Part shown: positions 27,270-38,555 of the stretch, in pieces | Numbering within the stretch: position 1 is the stretch's first letter | How the letters are laid out: each line of letters starts with the position of its first letter | Origin: an uncultured Nitrospiraceae bacterium | GTDB lineage: Bacteria; Nitrospirota; Thermodesulfovibrionia; Thermodesulfovibrionales; SM23-35 | Direction of reading: 5' to 3' | Assembly: GCA_937138415.1 (NCBI GenBank) | Contig: CAKZPA010000033.1 | Span: 44,606 to 108,605, forward strand | Length of the DNA: 64,000 bases | Program-made: the position numbers and the translations under genes | The notes under the pieces: generated by a model | Seen by the model: the letters and a program-made list of their open reading frames with translations, nothing else | What the model was told of the DNA's origin: nothing | Databases searched by the model: none

Positions 27270-28322
27270 ATGAAAAAGCGCTTCGCTTTCGTATTTACGG
27301 CGCTTGTCCTCGCTGGCATCCTCTACGGGGTCGTTCATATTTTTATGCCGTTACCGAGCGAGCATCAGTCGGTCGAGATCGAAATTCCGAAAGGCGCCAC
27401 GTATCGGCAGGTTGCCGAGATCTTATCGCAGAATCGCATCATTCGGGACAAGAACCTCTTCCTCCTCCTCGGACGGCTCTATGGCATCGACCGGAAAATC
27501 AGGGCGGGTTACTACTCGCTTTCCGGCCCCTCGAACCTCCTCGACCTCCTCGAATTATTGAGAAAGGGCCGCATTGTTGAATACGATATAACCGTGATCG
27601 AAGGCGACTCTCTGCAGGAAATCGCGGCGAAATTGTCGGAAAAGGGAATCTTGCCGGAGAGAGACTTCTGGCAGCTCGCGACAGACAAAGCTTTTCTCGT
27701 CGCGCATTCGATCGATGCCCCCAGCCTCGAGGGGTTTCTCTTCCCGGACACCTATCGGATCCCGAAAGGGGCCGACCCGAAGGAAGTGGTCGAGATGATG
27801 ATCCACAACCTGAGAGATCAATTTACCGAAAAACTCAGGGCGAGAGCAGCCGAAATCGGCATGACCGAAAGGGAAGTGCTGACGCTCGCATCCATCATCG
27901 AGAAAGAGGCCGCGACAGACGAAGAGAGGCCCCTCATATCAGCCGTCTACCACAACAGACTGCGGAAAAGAATACCTCTGCAGGCTGACCCTACGGCAAT
28001 TTACGGGATCAAGAACTGGGGGGAAAAGATAACCGCGGACGACTTAAGGAGAAAATCACCGTATAACACGTATATCGTGAATGGGCTGCCGCCCGGTCCC
28101 ATTGCATCGTCGGGCTTAAAATCCATCGTTGCAGCCCTCTACCCTGCGGATGTGCCGTATATGTACTTCGTCTCCAATAACGACGGGACCCACCGTTTCT
28201 CCGTGACCGCGGAAGAACACGCGGCCGCGGTGAGGGCATACCGCGAGAAAAAACAGGCAGAGAATGACAGGAAGAAGTCAGAGGAAAATCAGCGTCTCCG
28301 AGAGCTGCACGGCTCCACGTAA
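27270..28322 (+). CDS. mltG: endolytic murein transglycosylase MltG (YceG family)
   Basis: N-terminal TM helix and a YceG domain (LASIIEKEA, VYHNRL, LQADPT, YNTY). I chose the start at ATG 27270. Confidence 0.9.
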   Translation: MKKRFAFVFTALVLAGILYGVVHIFMPLPSEHQSVEIEIPKGATYRQVAEILSQNRIIRDKNLFLLLGRLYGIDRKIRAGYYSLSGPSNLLDLLELLRKGRIVEYDITVIEGDSLQEIAAKLSEKGILPERDFWQLATDKAFLVAHSIDAPSLEGFLFPDTYRIPKGADPKEVVEMMIHNLRDQFTEKLRARAAEIGMTEREVLTLASIIEKEAATDEERPLISAVYHNRLRKRIPLQADPTAIYGIKNWGEKITADDLRRKSPYNTYIVNGLPPGPIASSGLKSIVAALYPADVPYMYFVSNNDGTHRFSVTAEEHAAAVRAYREKKQAENDRKKSEENQRLRELHGST

Positions 28323-29370
28323 GGAAACGGACGTCATTTACGTCGGCCGTGTTCCTGTCGGGGGAGGCCATCCCATCGCCGTGCAATCCATGACGAAGAC
28401 GAAAACGGCCGACGTCCGCGCAACTCTCCGGCAGATCAAAGCTCTCGAAACCGCGGGCTGCGAAATTATCAGGCTCGCCGTCCCCGACATGGATGCGGCG
28501 AAGTGCCTGTCACGAATAAGAAAATCGATCGGCATCCCTATGATCGCCGATATCCACTTCGATTGGCGGCTTGCTCTCGAGGCGATAGAACAAGGTGTCC
28601 ATGGGTTGCGCCTCAACCCCGGCAATATCGGGACGCCGTGGAAAATACGGGAGGTCGTGAATGCCGCACGCGACGCCGGCATCTCCATCAGAGTTGGGGT
28701 GAATGCCGGCTCCCTCGAAAAAGACCTCCTCCGCAAATACGGCCATCCCTCACCCATGGCGCTCGTGGAAAGCGCCTCTCGTCATGTGAGATTGCTCGAG
28801 GATTTGAACTTTACCCGCGTGAAGGTCTCTCTCAAGGCGTCCGAAGTGCAGAAAACCGTCCAGGCATACCGCTTATTTTCACGGCAGTTTCGATATCCAC
28901 TGCACGTCGGCATATCTGAAGCGGGCCCCCCATCGACGGGAATCGTAAAAAGCTCCGTCGGGATCGGCATCCTCCTTTCCGAAGGAATCGGAGATACCAT
29001 CAGAGTTTCTCTGACCGCGCCGCCGATCGAGGAAGTTCGTGTCGCTTACGCGATATTGGGATCCCTTGGCCTGAGAAAACGCGGGGTGAACATCGTGTCC
29101 TGCCCAACGTGTGGACGTTGTACGATCAACCTCAGGGCTCTCGTTCGTCGCGTCGAAAAAAAGATCGGCAATGTGCAAAAGCCCCTCACGATTGCGGTCA
29201 TGGGATGCGTCGTCAACGGACCCGGAGAGGCAAAGGAAGCCGATATCGGCATTGCGGGAAGCAAGGGCAGGGGTATCCTCTTCAAGAAAGGAGCTATCGT
29301 CGAGCGGGTGGCGGAAGACAAACTGCTCGACACACTGCTCGAGGCTGTACGCTCCTATCCGTCATCATAG
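28264..29370 (+). CDS. ispG: 4-hydroxy-3-methylbut-2-enyl diphosphate synthase
   Basis: IYVGRVPVGGGHPIAVQSMTKT N-terminus and the cluster cysteines CPTCGRC. The only available start, ATG 28264, overlaps the low-complexity mltG tail by 59 nt. Confidence 0.93.
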   Translation: MTGRSQRKISVSESCTAPRKETDVIYVGRVPVGGGHPIAVQSMTKTKTADVRATLRQIKALETAGCEIIRLAVPDMDAAKCLSRIRKSIGIPMIADIHFDWRLALEAIEQGVHGLRLNPGNIGTPWKIREVVNAARDAGISIRVGVNAGSLEKDLLRKYGHPSPMALVESASRHVRLLEDLNFTRVKVSLKASEVQKTVQAYRLFSRQFRYPLHVGISEAGPPSTGIVKSSVGIGILLSEGIGDTIRVSLTAPPIEEVRVAYAILGSLGLRKRGVNIVSCPTCGRCTINLRALVRRVEKKIGNVQKPLTIAVMGCVVNGPGEAKEADIGIAGSKGRGILFKKGAIVERVAEDKLLDTLLEAVRSYPSS

Positions 29371-29499
29371 TTTCTCGCGCACGCACCTACCACAATCAAG
29401 AGAAAAGAATTCGATGACGGGGAAAGAATGGCCGTGCGCTTTTTGTGACTGCGAGTCTTTCTTCATTGCTTGTCAAGGAAAAGCGGATCGGGTAGGTCC

Positions 29500-29673
29500 C
29501 TACCGAGCTCCGGCCGCTTTCCTCTGGGCGGTATTCCACTTGGTGTTCTTCCTCACCAATTCATCGAGTTCCCTGTACATTTGGGTTACCCCAATTTTGC
29601 AGAGCACGCACACGTTGTCGTCTTGATACGTTTCATTGTTACACTTCTGGCACTTTTTCGTCTTCACGCTCAT
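29500..29673 (-). CDS. small Zn-ribbon protein (57 aa)
   Basis: GGGAGG lies 8 nt before ATG 29673. Translation: MSVKTKKCQKCNNETYQDDNVCVLCKIGVTQMYRELDELVRKNTKWNTAQRKAAGAR, with two CxxC pairs. An AT-rich putative promoter region lies upstream (29760..29820). Confidence 0.45.
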   Translation of the reverse strand: MSVKTKKCQKCNNETYQDDNVCVLCKIGVTQMYRELDELVRKNTKWNTAQRKAAGAR

Positions 29674-30071
29674 CTTGGATCCTCCCTTTTTCACGATGCC
29701 TGGCGTATTTTTCTCCGTCAACCTCGACGGCCGTCGTATCCCTTGCAGATTGCATGCCATTGTATGTTAATAGCAACTTATTGTTTTTAAAAATAAAATA
29801 AACATAGGTATTGTCTTAACCGTGAAAAATGACGTTCTGCGTCAGTAAGCACCGGGGAAGACGTCCGGTAGGGGAAGAAATCTGCATGGTGAAAGAGAAC
29901 ACGCGATCAACAAAAAAATCGTTTTCGAGAAAGCGACGCCGCCCGAAAGAAATTCCTTAGCCGTGAGATGAGGGTATTACGCGAAGCTCGGTACGATCGA
30001 ATCCCGCCTGCGATCCGGCAGGCTGGTAAACTTGCAGTCTGAGGCGATGACGTTACGATGTCGTAACGACC

Positions 30072-31661
30072 TCAAATATTCTCTTTGAGAAGCTTGTACT
30101 CGATGCTGTCGACGAGGGCTTGGTACGATGCCTCGATGATGTTTTCGGAAACGCCAACGGTGCCCCATCTCTCCGTCTCGTCGCCCGATTCGATGAGCAC
30201 CCTCACCTTCGCGGCGGTCCCTTTGCCCGCCGTCAGAACGCGCACCTTGTAATCGTGGAGCTTCATCGTCTTCAGCGCAGGATAGAATTTATCCAGCGCC
30301 TTCCGCAATGCATTGTCGATCGCGTTCACCGGACCTTTCCCGGTTGCGGCAGTATGCTCGATCTTCCCCCCAACTTTCACCATAATCGTGGCTTCGCTGG
30401 TCGGCTCTTCCCCCTCGCGCCTCTTTTCGATGATCGTTCTGAACCCTATGAGGTCGAAGAAACGTTTATGCAGTCCGAGGGCCTTCTTCATGAGGAGCTC
30501 GAACGAAGCTTCCGCAGCCTCGAACTGGAAGCCCTCGTTCTCGAGACGTTTCAACGTCGAAACGATATCCTGTATCTGCGGGGCATCAGGGTCGAGGCGG
30601 ATACCGAATTCCTCGGCCTTTCTCAATATGTTGCTCTTCCCCGCCAGATCCGAAATGAGGACCCGCTGCGAGTTCCCCACGAGTTCGGGACGGATGTGCT
30701 CGTATGTCTCCGGCCGCTTCCGTATCGCGCTCACATGGACTCCGGCTTTGTGCGCAAAAGCGCTGTCGCCGACAAATGGCTGCCGCTTGAAATGCCTTAC
30801 GTTCGCGATTTCATTGACAAAACGCGATACCTCCCTCAACCGTCTGAGCTGATCCGGGGAGATACAGCGCATCCCCAGTTTGACCTGCAGGTTAGGAATC
30901 ACGGAGCACAGGTTTGCGTTGCCGCACCGCTCGCCGAGGCCGTTTATGGTTCCCTGTACCTGAGACGCACCCTTGAGCACGGCCATGACGGAATTAGCCA
31001 CACCACAGTCCGAATCATTGTGGGCGTGAATGCCGAGCGGAGTCCGGATGACCTTTCCCGCTGCCTCGAAGACCATCTCCATATCGACGGGCAGGGAGCC
31101 CCCATTCGTATCGCAGAGAATAATGCAGTCGGCACCGGCATCCTGCGCCGCCGCGAGACACTTTATCGCAAAACGCGGATTGTCCTTGTACCCGTCGAAG
31201 AAGTGCTCGGCATCGAAGAAAACCCTTTCGACGTGATTCTTGAGGTACGAGATCGAGTTATGAATAATGTCAAGATTCTCCTGGAGAGATATCTTGAGCG
31301 CTTCCCTCACGTGAAAATCCCATGTCTTCCCGAAAATGGTGACGATCTGCGTGCCTGCGCCAATGAGGGCGGCAAACATGGTGTCGTCACGGACCGTATG
31401 CCGCGGCCGATGAGTACTTCCGAACGCGACAACCCGCGAGTTGCTGAGGGTTAACTTCCTGACTTTCCGGAAATAATCGATATCGCGCGGATTCGATCCC
31501 GGCCAGCCGCCCTCGATATAATGGACCCCGAGATCGTCAAGCTTTTCCGTGATACGGAGTTTATCTTCGACCGAAAAGGAGATCCCCTCCGTCTGCGCCC
31601 CGTCACGGAGCGTCGTGTCATAAATCTCTACTTTTCGGCTGCCCAGCGGTTGCGCCGTCAT
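30072..31661 (-). CDS. cimA: (R)-citramalate synthase (IPMS-like, CimA type)
   Basis: [21 protein letters not shown]-terminus, an HMGL-like barrel and a LeuA-dimer C-terminal domain. 529 aa. As I recall, a cimA-aspartokinase adjacency occurs in Geobacter. Confidence 0.85.
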   Translation of the reverse strand: MTAQPLGSRKVEIYDTTLRDGAQTEGISFSVEDKLRITEKLDDLGVHYIEGGWPGSNPRDIDYFRKVRKLTLSNSRVVAFGSTHRPRHTVRDDTMFAALIGAGTQIVTIFGKTWDFHVREALKISLQENLDIIHNSISYLKNHVERVFFDAEHFFDGYKDNPRFAIKCLAAAQDAGADCIILCDTNGGSLPVDMEMVFEAAGKVIRTPLGIHAHNDSDCGVANSVMAVLKGASQVQGTINGLGERCGNANLCSVIPNLQVKLGMRCISPDQLRRLREVSRFVNEIANVRHFKRQPFVGDSAFAHKAGVHVSAIRKRPETYEHIRPELVGNSQRVLISDLAGKSNILRKAEEFGIRLDPDAPQIQDIVSTLKRLENEGFQFEAAEASFELLMKKALGLHKRFFDLIGFRTIIEKRREGEEPTSEATIMVKVGGKIEHTAATGKGPVNAIDNALRKALDKFYPALKTMKLHDYKVRVLTAGKGTAAKVRVLIESGDETERWGTVGVSENIIEASYQALVDSIEYKLLKENI

Positions 31662-32902
31662 CTCTTTCCTTTCGGTTTCCTCTTGCCGCCTTCGCCCAAA
31701 TTGAACGCGTCATGCAACACCCTGACCGCCAGTTCTGTATATTTCGAATCGATGACGCAGGATACCTTGATCTCCGACGTACTGATCATCATGATATTGA
31801 TCCGGTGCTGGGCGAGCGCCCCGAACATCTTTGCCGCCACGCCCGAATGAGTCCTCATGCCGACACCGACGATCGAAATCTTCGCGATATCGTCACGTAT
31901 TTTGACGTCGCGGGCACCGAGCTCGGAGACCACGTTCTCGGTAATCTTGACCGCTTGTCTGCTCTCCGTTTTCGGAACAGTAAAGGAAATATCGGTTGCT
32001 TTCCCGTCGCTGCTCACATTCTGCACGATCATATCGACCACGATATTGGCACCGGCGATCGCCTCGAAAAGCCTCGCCGCGACCCCCGGTTTGTCGGGAA
32101 CGCCTGTCACGGTTATTTTGGATTGGTTCTTGTCGTAGGCAACTCCGGATACAACCACGTCTTCCATGTCGCTATCCTCCTTCACCACCAGTGTGCCCGG
32201 ATTATCGTTAAAACTCGATCTCACGACGACGGGAACATCGTACTTCTTCGCGAATTCGACCGAGCGCGCCTGGAGAACCTTTGCGCCGAGGCTCGCGAGT
32301 TCGAGCATTTCGTCGTACGATATCTTGTCGAGCTTCCTCGCCTCCGGAACGATATTGGGATCCGTCGTGAACACGCCGTCGACGTCGGTATAAATTTCAC
32401 AAACGTCCGCCTTGACCGCCGCCGCGACAGCGACAGCCGTCAAATCAGACCCACCCCTTCCGAGCGTCGTCACTTCCGACGTCTCCGTGATACCCTGGAA
32501 ACCCGCGATAACAGGTACGATCCCCCTGCCGAGTGCTTCCTTGACCTTGTCCGCCGAAATCCTTTCGATCTTCGCCTTTGTATGGTCAGCGTCGGTGATA
32601 ATTCCGACCTGGCGTCCCGTGAAGGAGAGCGCTGGGATGCCGAGATTGCTGATCGCCATGGCTGTCAGTGCGGCACTGATACGCTCCCCCGAGGAAAGGA
32701 GGAGATCCATTTCACGACCCTCCGGATTCCTCGAAACCTGCTGGGCCAGACCGATAAGCTTGTCCGTTTCACCGGACATCGCCGACACAATTACTGCGAC
32801 ACTATGTCCCGCACGTTTCGTGCGGGCAACACGCTCCGCGACCGCCTTTATTCTCTCGATACTCCCGACGGAAGTCCCGCCGTATTTCTGTACGATCACC
32901 AT
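31658..32902 (-). CDS. ask: aspartate kinase (monofunctional, with ACT domains)
   Basis: [14 protein letters not shown]-terminus and two C-terminal ACT domains. I chose the start at ATG 32902. It overlaps cimA by 4 nt. Confidence 0.92.
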   Translation of the reverse strand: MVIVQKYGGTSVGSIERIKAVAERVARTKRAGHSVAVIVSAMSGETDKLIGLAQQVSRNPEGREMDLLLSSGERISAALTAMAISNLGIPALSFTGRQVGIITDADHTKAKIERISADKVKEALGRGIVPVIAGFQGITETSEVTTLGRGGSDLTAVAVAAAVKADVCEIYTDVDGVFTTDPNIVPEARKLDKISYDEMLELASLGAKVLQARSVEFAKKYDVPVVVRSSFNDNPGTLVVKEDSDMEDVVVSGVAYDKNQSKITVTGVPDKPGVAARLFEAIAGANIVVDMIVQNVSSDGKATDISFTVPKTESRQAVKITENVVSELGARDVKIRDDIAKISIVGVGMRTHSGVAAKMFGALAQHRINIMMISTSEIKVSCVIDSKYTELAVRVLHDAFNLGEGGKRKPKGKR

Positions 32903-33067
32903 CTGCGTGCGCCTTTCATTCCGGAAATCATGCCGTATTGCGGACAGAACCGTGTTCTTGCATGTGTCTTCATTATAACAAATTTTTGCCCTGCCGCCTC
33001 TGCACGGCACACCGCTATGCCAGTCCGCCGGGGCATCTGTCGGCTGTGATAGAATAGAGGCGGAATT

Positions 33068-34936
33068 ATGCAGATTACGATCTCGTCAGGGAAAACCCTC
33101 GACGGCAGCGGAGAAGAGAACCTCCTTCGGACGCTGAAAAAGGGTGGGATCTACCTCGCTTCCTCCTGCGGGGGGAAAGGAACGTGCGGAAAGTGCCGTC
33201 TCAAGATAGTCGAGGGGCGGTACCGCACCGCTCCCTCTGGCAAACTTTCCTCCAAGGATACCGCGTCGGGAATAGTTCTCGCCTGCCAGACATTCCCCGA
33301 GTCCGACATCGTGCTCGACATCCCGAAGGAATCGCACATCGTCGTCGGCGACGTTCTCGAAATGTCACGCGTCAGCGACCTCCTTGCGTCATTCCGCTCT
33401 TCTGGTGGTTCCCTCTCACCGCTCGTCGAATGGGTTCGACTGAGGATGGACCCTCCGACGATCGACGACAATATCAGCGATCTGGAACGGTTGAGGAAGA
33501 ATCTCGATGCCGTCGGATGCGAGAATATGCGATTCCCGCACGGGGTCATCGCCTCCCTTGCGGATAGTCTTCGGGAAGCCTCATGGCATATCCAGCTCGG
33601 ATACACGGAGGGACCCGAAGCGGTGATGGTGAAACCGGTTTCGCGGTGTGGGAAGGCAGGCCTTGCGATAGATATCGGCACAACGACGATCGTCCTCTAT
33701 CTCGTGAACCTCGATGACGGCTCTCTCGTGGATGCGTGCTCGACCTACAATTCTCAAATACGTATCGGCGACGATGTCATCACGAGAATCGTGTACGCAA
33801 CAGAGTCCGGAGGGGTCGCGGAATTACAGGAGATCGTGGTGAACGACCTGAATACCCTGCTCCTTTCTCTCGCGGAAAAGCACGGCGTCCGGCTCGATGA
33901 AATCGAATCCGCGGTCGTTGCTGGCAACACCACGATGACCCATCTTTTCTGGGGACTTCCTCCGGGCTATATCAGGGAGGAACCGTATACCCCGACGGTG
34001 AATTTTTTCCCCTTGTGGCCGGCAAAGACCGTTGGCCTGAAGATCGCAGATCTCGCCCCCATCTATACCATGCCGTGCGTTGCGAGTTACGTGGGCGGCG
34101 ACATTGTCGCAGGGGTGCTCGCTTCGGGAATGCACCGGCGGAGCGGCATCTCGCTCTTCATGGACATAGGGACAAACGGAGAGATCGTCGTCGGCAATCG
34201 GGAATGGCTCGTCACCGCGGCGTGCTCTGCCGGTCCCTGTTTCGAGGGGAGCGGCATACGGCACGGCATGAGGGCGACGGAGGGCGCAATAGAAGCCGTC
34301 GCCATCGACCATTCGACCCTCGCGCCGGCTGTCAGGGTCATCGGCAATGGACCACCCATCGGCATATGCGGTTCCGGCATGATCGATGCCGTGACGGAAT
34401 TGTTCCTGGCCGGGGCCCTCGACAGGAAAGGGAATTTTATCATCGAACGAGCGCCGGGCCGGATTCGTGAGGGCGATGAGGGGCTTGAATTCGTCATCGG
34501 GAGCAACGGGGGCAGGGATATCGTTCTTACCGAAGTCGATATTGAAAACATCCTGCGGGCGAAGGCCGCTCTCTTCGCTGGCGTCTCTCTCCTCCTGAAA
34601 AAAGTGGGGCTTGCGCTCGATTCAATCGAACGGGTTTACATTGCCGGTGGGTTCGGCAATTACCTGAATGTGGAAAAAGCCATTGTCATGGGGATGCTTC
34701 CTGATTTGCCGCGGGACAAATTCAGGTTTCTCGGGAATACCGCAATCGCCGGCGCTTACCTCTGTCTCCTCTCGGCAGAAAAAAGGGCGGAAGCAGAGGA
34801 AATCGCAAGAAAAATGACGAACGTCGAACTGTCGGTCTCGAAACGGTTCATGGACGAGTATCTCTCTGCGCTCTTCCTTCCCCACACGGATACGAGCCTC
34901 TTCCCGAGCGTAGAGAACCTGTTGGAAAAGATTTGA
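33068..34936 (+). CDS. 2Fe-2S ferredoxin-ASKHA fusion protein (RACo / corrinoid activation-like, DUF4445)
   Basis: N-terminal plant-type ferredoxin motif [16 protein letters not shown]...ACQT, followed by a sugar-kinase/actin-like ATPase region (DIGTTT, DIGTNGE, AGGFG). Confidence 0.75.
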   Translation: MQITISSGKTLDGSGEENLLRTLKKGGIYLASSCGGKGTCGKCRLKIVEGRYRTAPSGKLSSKDTASGIVLACQTFPESDIVLDIPKESHIVVGDVLEMSRVSDLLASFRSSGGSLSPLVEWVRLRMDPPTIDDNISDLERLRKNLDAVGCENMRFPHGVIASLADSLREASWHIQLGYTEGPEAVMVKPVSRCGKAGLAIDIGTTTIVLYLVNLDDGSLVDACSTYNSQIRIGDDVITRIVYATESGGVAELQEIVVNDLNTLLLSLAEKHGVRLDEIESAVVAGNTTMTHLFWGLPPGYIREEPYTPTVNFFPLWPAKTVGLKIADLAPIYTMPCVASYVGGDIVAGVLASGMHRRSGISLFMDIGTNGEIVVGNREWLVTAACSAGPCFEGSGIRHGMRATEGAIEAVAIDHSTLAPAVRVIGNGPPIGICGSGMIDAVTELFLAGALDRKGNFIIERAPGRIREGDEGLEFVIGSNGGRDIVLTEVDIENILRAKAALFAGVSLLLKKVGLALDSIERVYIAGGFGNYLNVEKAIVMGMLPDLPRDKFRFLGNTAIAGAYLCLLSAEKRAEAEEIARKMTNVELSVSKRFMDEYLSALFLPHTDTSLFPSVENLLEKI

Positions 34937-34963
34937 ACGGCTACGTCTCGAAGCGGTGACGTG

Positions 34964-35308
34964 TCAGTGAAGCAAACCTTCTGAAAGAAGCTTGTCAACT
35001 TCCTTGCGGATAAGAGTTGCCGGTATCCCGCCGTGCACTTTGAGCATGCCGTTGATGAGAACCACGGGAGGCTGGAGGGCTCCGACACGCAGCAGCTCTC
35101 TGATATCGTCGAATTCGTCCTCTCCGTCCATGAACAGATCAATGTACTCGACGAATACGACGGACGGATAGGAGTAGTTCATCTCGTCGGAAAGTTCCTC
35201 GCTGAGGATCCTGTTCGCGTCAGCGATTTCGGCGGAGTCATCATCGAATAGAGCGCTCTCGGTCGGGTTATCGAGTATCTGAATGTGAACCCGTTGAAGC
35301 ATAGCCAT
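34964..35308 (-). CDS. acidic Cys-free protein with a glutaredoxin-like C-terminal motif
   Basis: 114 aa. Its start overlaps the panC stop (TAATG). PPVVLINGMLKVHGG resembles the cis-Pro/GG region of glutaredoxin and YuzD folds, but there is no Cys anywhere in the protein. Confidence 0.4.
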   Translation of the reverse strand: MAMLQRVHIQILDNPTESALFDDDSAEIADANRILSEELSDEMNYSYPSVVFVEYIDLFMDGEDEFDDIRELLRVGALQPPVVLINGMLKVHGGIPATLIRKEVDKLLSEGLLH

Positions 35309-36168
35309 TACCTCTCTTTTTTTATATTTATCAATATGTTATCAATCAACCTCGTGCTGCCGATCCAAACCGCGCAGGCGAGGAGGATCTCCCCCTTCGG
35401 TTCCGCAAGTTCCTCCAGTGTTTCGGGATCATAGGCCCCCGCATAATCGACGCTCGAGACGGCAGGCTCACTGAGAATCTTCTGCCGTAAAACATGTCTC
35501 ACCTCTCCGATTTGTATTATACCAGAAGCAAGCGATTCGGCCGTTCCCTTCAGGCTGCGAAAGAGGACCGCCGCCGCCGGCCGCTGTTCGCCCGACAGGT
35601 ACATGTTTCTGGAACTCATCGCGAGCCCGTCCTTCTCCCGTACGGTCGGGCACACGACGATTTCGACATCCATATTGAGATCTTTGACCATTCTCCTGAT
35701 CACGACCGCCTGTTGAAAATCCTTCTGGCCGAAATACGCCCTCGTCGGTTTCACAATGTGGAAAAGCTTCGCAACGACCGTTGCGACTCCCGCGAAGTGA
35801 CCAGGCCTGCAGGCACCGCACATCGTCTCGGATATCGTGCCCACCTCGACGCGGGTCGAGAACCCGACGGGATACATGAGAGACGCTTCAGGCATAAAAA
35901 GGATATCCACTCTTTCGGCTTCGAGTTTTTCGACATCCCCCTCAATGTCGCGCGGATATCTCGCAAAATCCTCCGAGGGACCGAACTGGAGCGGATTGAC
36001 AAAAATGCTCACGACGGTCTTCTCGTTTTCCTCCCGGGAGCGCCTGACGAGACTTAAATGGCCCTCGTGGAGGGCTCCCATCGTCGGCACAAAGCCGATA
36101 GTCCTTCCGCGAATCAAGAGACCGCCGACGGTATCCTGCATGACTTTGGGGATACGAATGATCTCCAC
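35308..36168 (-). CDS. panC: pantoate--beta-alanine ligase
   Basis: GFVPTMGALHEGHLSL and SIFVNPLQF motifs. 286 aa. Confidence 0.95.
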   Translation of the reverse strand: MEIIRIPKVMQDTVGGLLIRGRTIGFVPTMGALHEGHLSLVRRSREENEKTVVSIFVNPLQFGPSEDFARYPRDIEGDVEKLEAERVDILFMPEASLMYPVGFSTRVEVGTISETMCGACRPGHFAGVATVVAKLFHIVKPTRAYFGQKDFQQAVVIRRMVKDLNMDVEIVVCPTVREKDGLAMSSRNMYLSGEQRPAAAVLFRSLKGTAESLASGIIQIGEVRHVLRQKILSEPAVSSVDYAGAYDPETLEELAEPKGEILLACAVWIGSTRLIDNILINIKKER

Positions 36169-36438
36169 GTTATCTTCCTTCCGTCATCGATAGCCGTGGA
36201 CGCGACGGGAACGGCCGGCAAAAAAGCCCGCGGAAAGGTCATAGGATCCATACATGCCTATAAGCTATCCAAAGAGTTTTCCCTTTGTCAAACGGGAGGA
36301 CGCGAGACGCCTTGTTTTACCGCAACGGCGGATTTTTGAATCCTTTTTGTGGTAGAATTTTTTTCTGTGGACGATGGCTCCACTCTTGAGAGTGCTCGGC
36401 CGATCGCGGAATTTTCCGGATAGGGGGAAATGTGACCA

Positions 36439-38541
36439 ATGAAGAATGTTGACGGAGAGAGGATACGAAACATTGCGGTTGTCGCGCACAGCGGCGCGGG
36501 AAAGACGTCGCTCATCGAAGCGATGCTCTTCAACACGGGAGCCATAGACAGGCTGGGCAGCGTCGAGGACGGGACGACGACGATGGACAGCGAACCTGAG
36601 GAGATCGCCCGCAAAATCACGATTACGTCATCCGTCGCTCACTGCACGTGGAACAACCACCGAATCAATCTCATTGACACCCCTGGCTTCATCAATTTTC
36701 TCGAGGATACGAGGGGATGCCTGAGAGCGGTCGACGGGGCGATTGTCATCGTGAGCGCTCTTTCGGGCGTGAAGGCCGAGACCCATAAAGTCTGGAAGTT
36801 CGCATCTGAATTCGAACTGCCAAGGATAGTCTTCGTCAACAAGATGGACAAAGAAATGGCAAACTTTTCCCGAGCGGTCGGGGATCTCGAAAAGGCATTC
36901 GAAACGGACGCGATACCCCTCCAGATCCCGGTCGGTTCGGGCGATCAATTCAAGGGTATTATCGACCTCATAAAGATGAAGGCGTTCTTCCTCCAAAAGG
37001 GAAAGATGGAGGAATCCGATATTCCGCCTGATATGCTCGCCGAAGCAGACGAGTACCGCAAGAAATTGGTCGAAAAGATCGCGGAATCCGACGACGCCCT
37101 CCTCGAGAAATATCTGGAAGGGGAGGCACTCACGGAAACCGAGATTTTGATGGGGGTAAAGGAAGGCTCCATCACGAAGAGATTCATACCGGTCACCTGT
37201 GGCTCCGCGACCATGAATGTCGCCATCCCTCACCTCCTCGATGGCGTCGTGCTCGCTCTCCCGTCTCCTTTGGAAATGGCGAAGATAGTCCCGATCAAAG
37301 GGAAGAATCCGAAGGACAACCAGGAGGTCATCAGGAAACCGCTCGCGACTGAACCTTTGGCCGCCTACGTCTTCAAGACCATCGCGGACCCATTCGCGGG
37401 AAGACTGTCCATTTTCAGAGTGTACTCCGGCGTCTTGAAGGCGGACTCGACCGTCCTCAATTCGACGAACGGGGTCAAAGAGCGCGTCGGCCAGGTTTTC
37501 TACCTCCTCGGAAAGAAACAGATACCGGCGCAGACCATCAGCGCGGGAGAAATAGGGGTCGTTGCCAAGTTGAAGGAAACGTACACCGGCGATACGCTGT
37601 CGGACGAAGCCAACCCTCTTATTTTTCCGAAAGTCAGATTCTCAGACCCGATTATTTCTTATGCCATCGCGCCGAAATCGAAAGGTGACGAGGAAAAGGT
37701 GAGCACGGGACTGCATAGAATCCTCGAAGAAGATCCGACTTTGCGCTTCCAGAGGGATGAAGAGACCAAAGAGATGCTGCTCTCCGGTATGGGGCAGGTC
37801 CATCTCGAGGTAACGCTCGAACGACTGAAGAGGAAATTCGGTGTCGAAGTGATAATGAAAACACCCAAGGTGCCCTATCGCGAAACCATCAAGGTGTCGG
37901 CGAGAGCGCAGGGAAAGTACAAGAAACAGTCCGGCGGTCGCGGACAGTATGGAGATTGCTACCTCGAAGTGGAGCCACTCCCCCGCGGAGGCGGTTATGA
38001 ATTCGTCGATAAGATCGTGGGTGGCGTTATCCCGCAGCAATATCGGCCGGCCGTCGAAAAAGGTGTCGTCGAAACCATGAAAGAAGGCATCATCGCGGGA
38101 TATCCCTTAGTCGATCTCAAAGTTACCCTCTATGACGGTTCTTACCATACCGTCGATTCCTCGGAGATGGCCTTCAAAATAGCGGGATCCATGGCTTTGC
38201 GAAAGGCGGTACAGGACGCAAAGCCGGTTCTCCTCGAACCGATCATGAAGGTCGAGGTGATCACCCCTGACGACACCCTCGGCGCCGTGATAGGCGATCT
38301 GAACTCGAAGCGCGGCAAAGTGCAAGGGGTCGAACCGCAGGCCGGGGGGAACCAGAAAATTAATGCGCTCGTCCCGATGTCGGAAATGCTCACCTACGCA
38401 AACCAACTGACCAGCCTGACATCAGGGCGGGGCCTCTACTCGATGGAATTTTCGCACTACGAAGAACTGCCGGCTCACCTCGCTCAGAAGATTATCGCCG
38501 AGCGGGAAGCACAGAAGAAGGAAAAGGCCGAGGAAAAATAG
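36439..38541 (+). CDS. fusA: elongation factor G paralogue (EF-G2-like)
   Basis: IRNIAVVAHSGAGKTSL G1 motif, DTPG, NKMD, and domains II to V. It is not in the str operon context, hence probably a second EF-G copy. Confidence 0.9.
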   Translation: MKNVDGERIRNIAVVAHSGAGKTSLIEAMLFNTGAIDRLGSVEDGTTTMDSEPEEIARKITITSSVAHCTWNNHRINLIDTPGFINFLEDTRGCLRAVDGAIVIVSALSGVKAETHKVWKFASEFELPRIVFVNKMDKEMANFSRAVGDLEKAFETDAIPLQIPVGSGDQFKGIIDLIKMKAFFLQKGKMEESDIPPDMLAEADEYRKKLVEKIAESDDALLEKYLEGEALTETEILMGVKEGSITKRFIPVTCGSATMNVAIPHLLDGVVLALPSPLEMAKIVPIKGKNPKDNQEVIRKPLATEPLAAYVFKTIADPFAGRLSIFRVYSGVLKADSTVLNSTNGVKERVGQVFYLLGKKQIPAQTISAGEIGVVAKLKETYTGDTLSDEANPLIFPKVRFSDPIISYAIAPKSKGDEEKVSTGLHRILEEDPTLRFQRDEETKEMLLSGMGQVHLEVTLERLKRKFGVEVIMKTPKVPYRETIKVSARAQGKYKKQSGGRGQYGDCYLEVEPLPRGGGYEFVDKIVGGVIPQQYRPAVEKGVVETMKEGIIAGYPLVDLKVTLYDGSYHTVDSSEMAFKIAGSMALRKAVQDAKPVLLEPIMKVEVITPDDTLGAVIGDLNSKRGKVQGVEPQAGGNQKINALVPMSEMLTYANQLTSLTSGRGLYSMEFSHYEELPAHLAQKIIAEREAQKKEKAEEK

Positions 38542-38555
38542 CTTTTTTTCACGCC

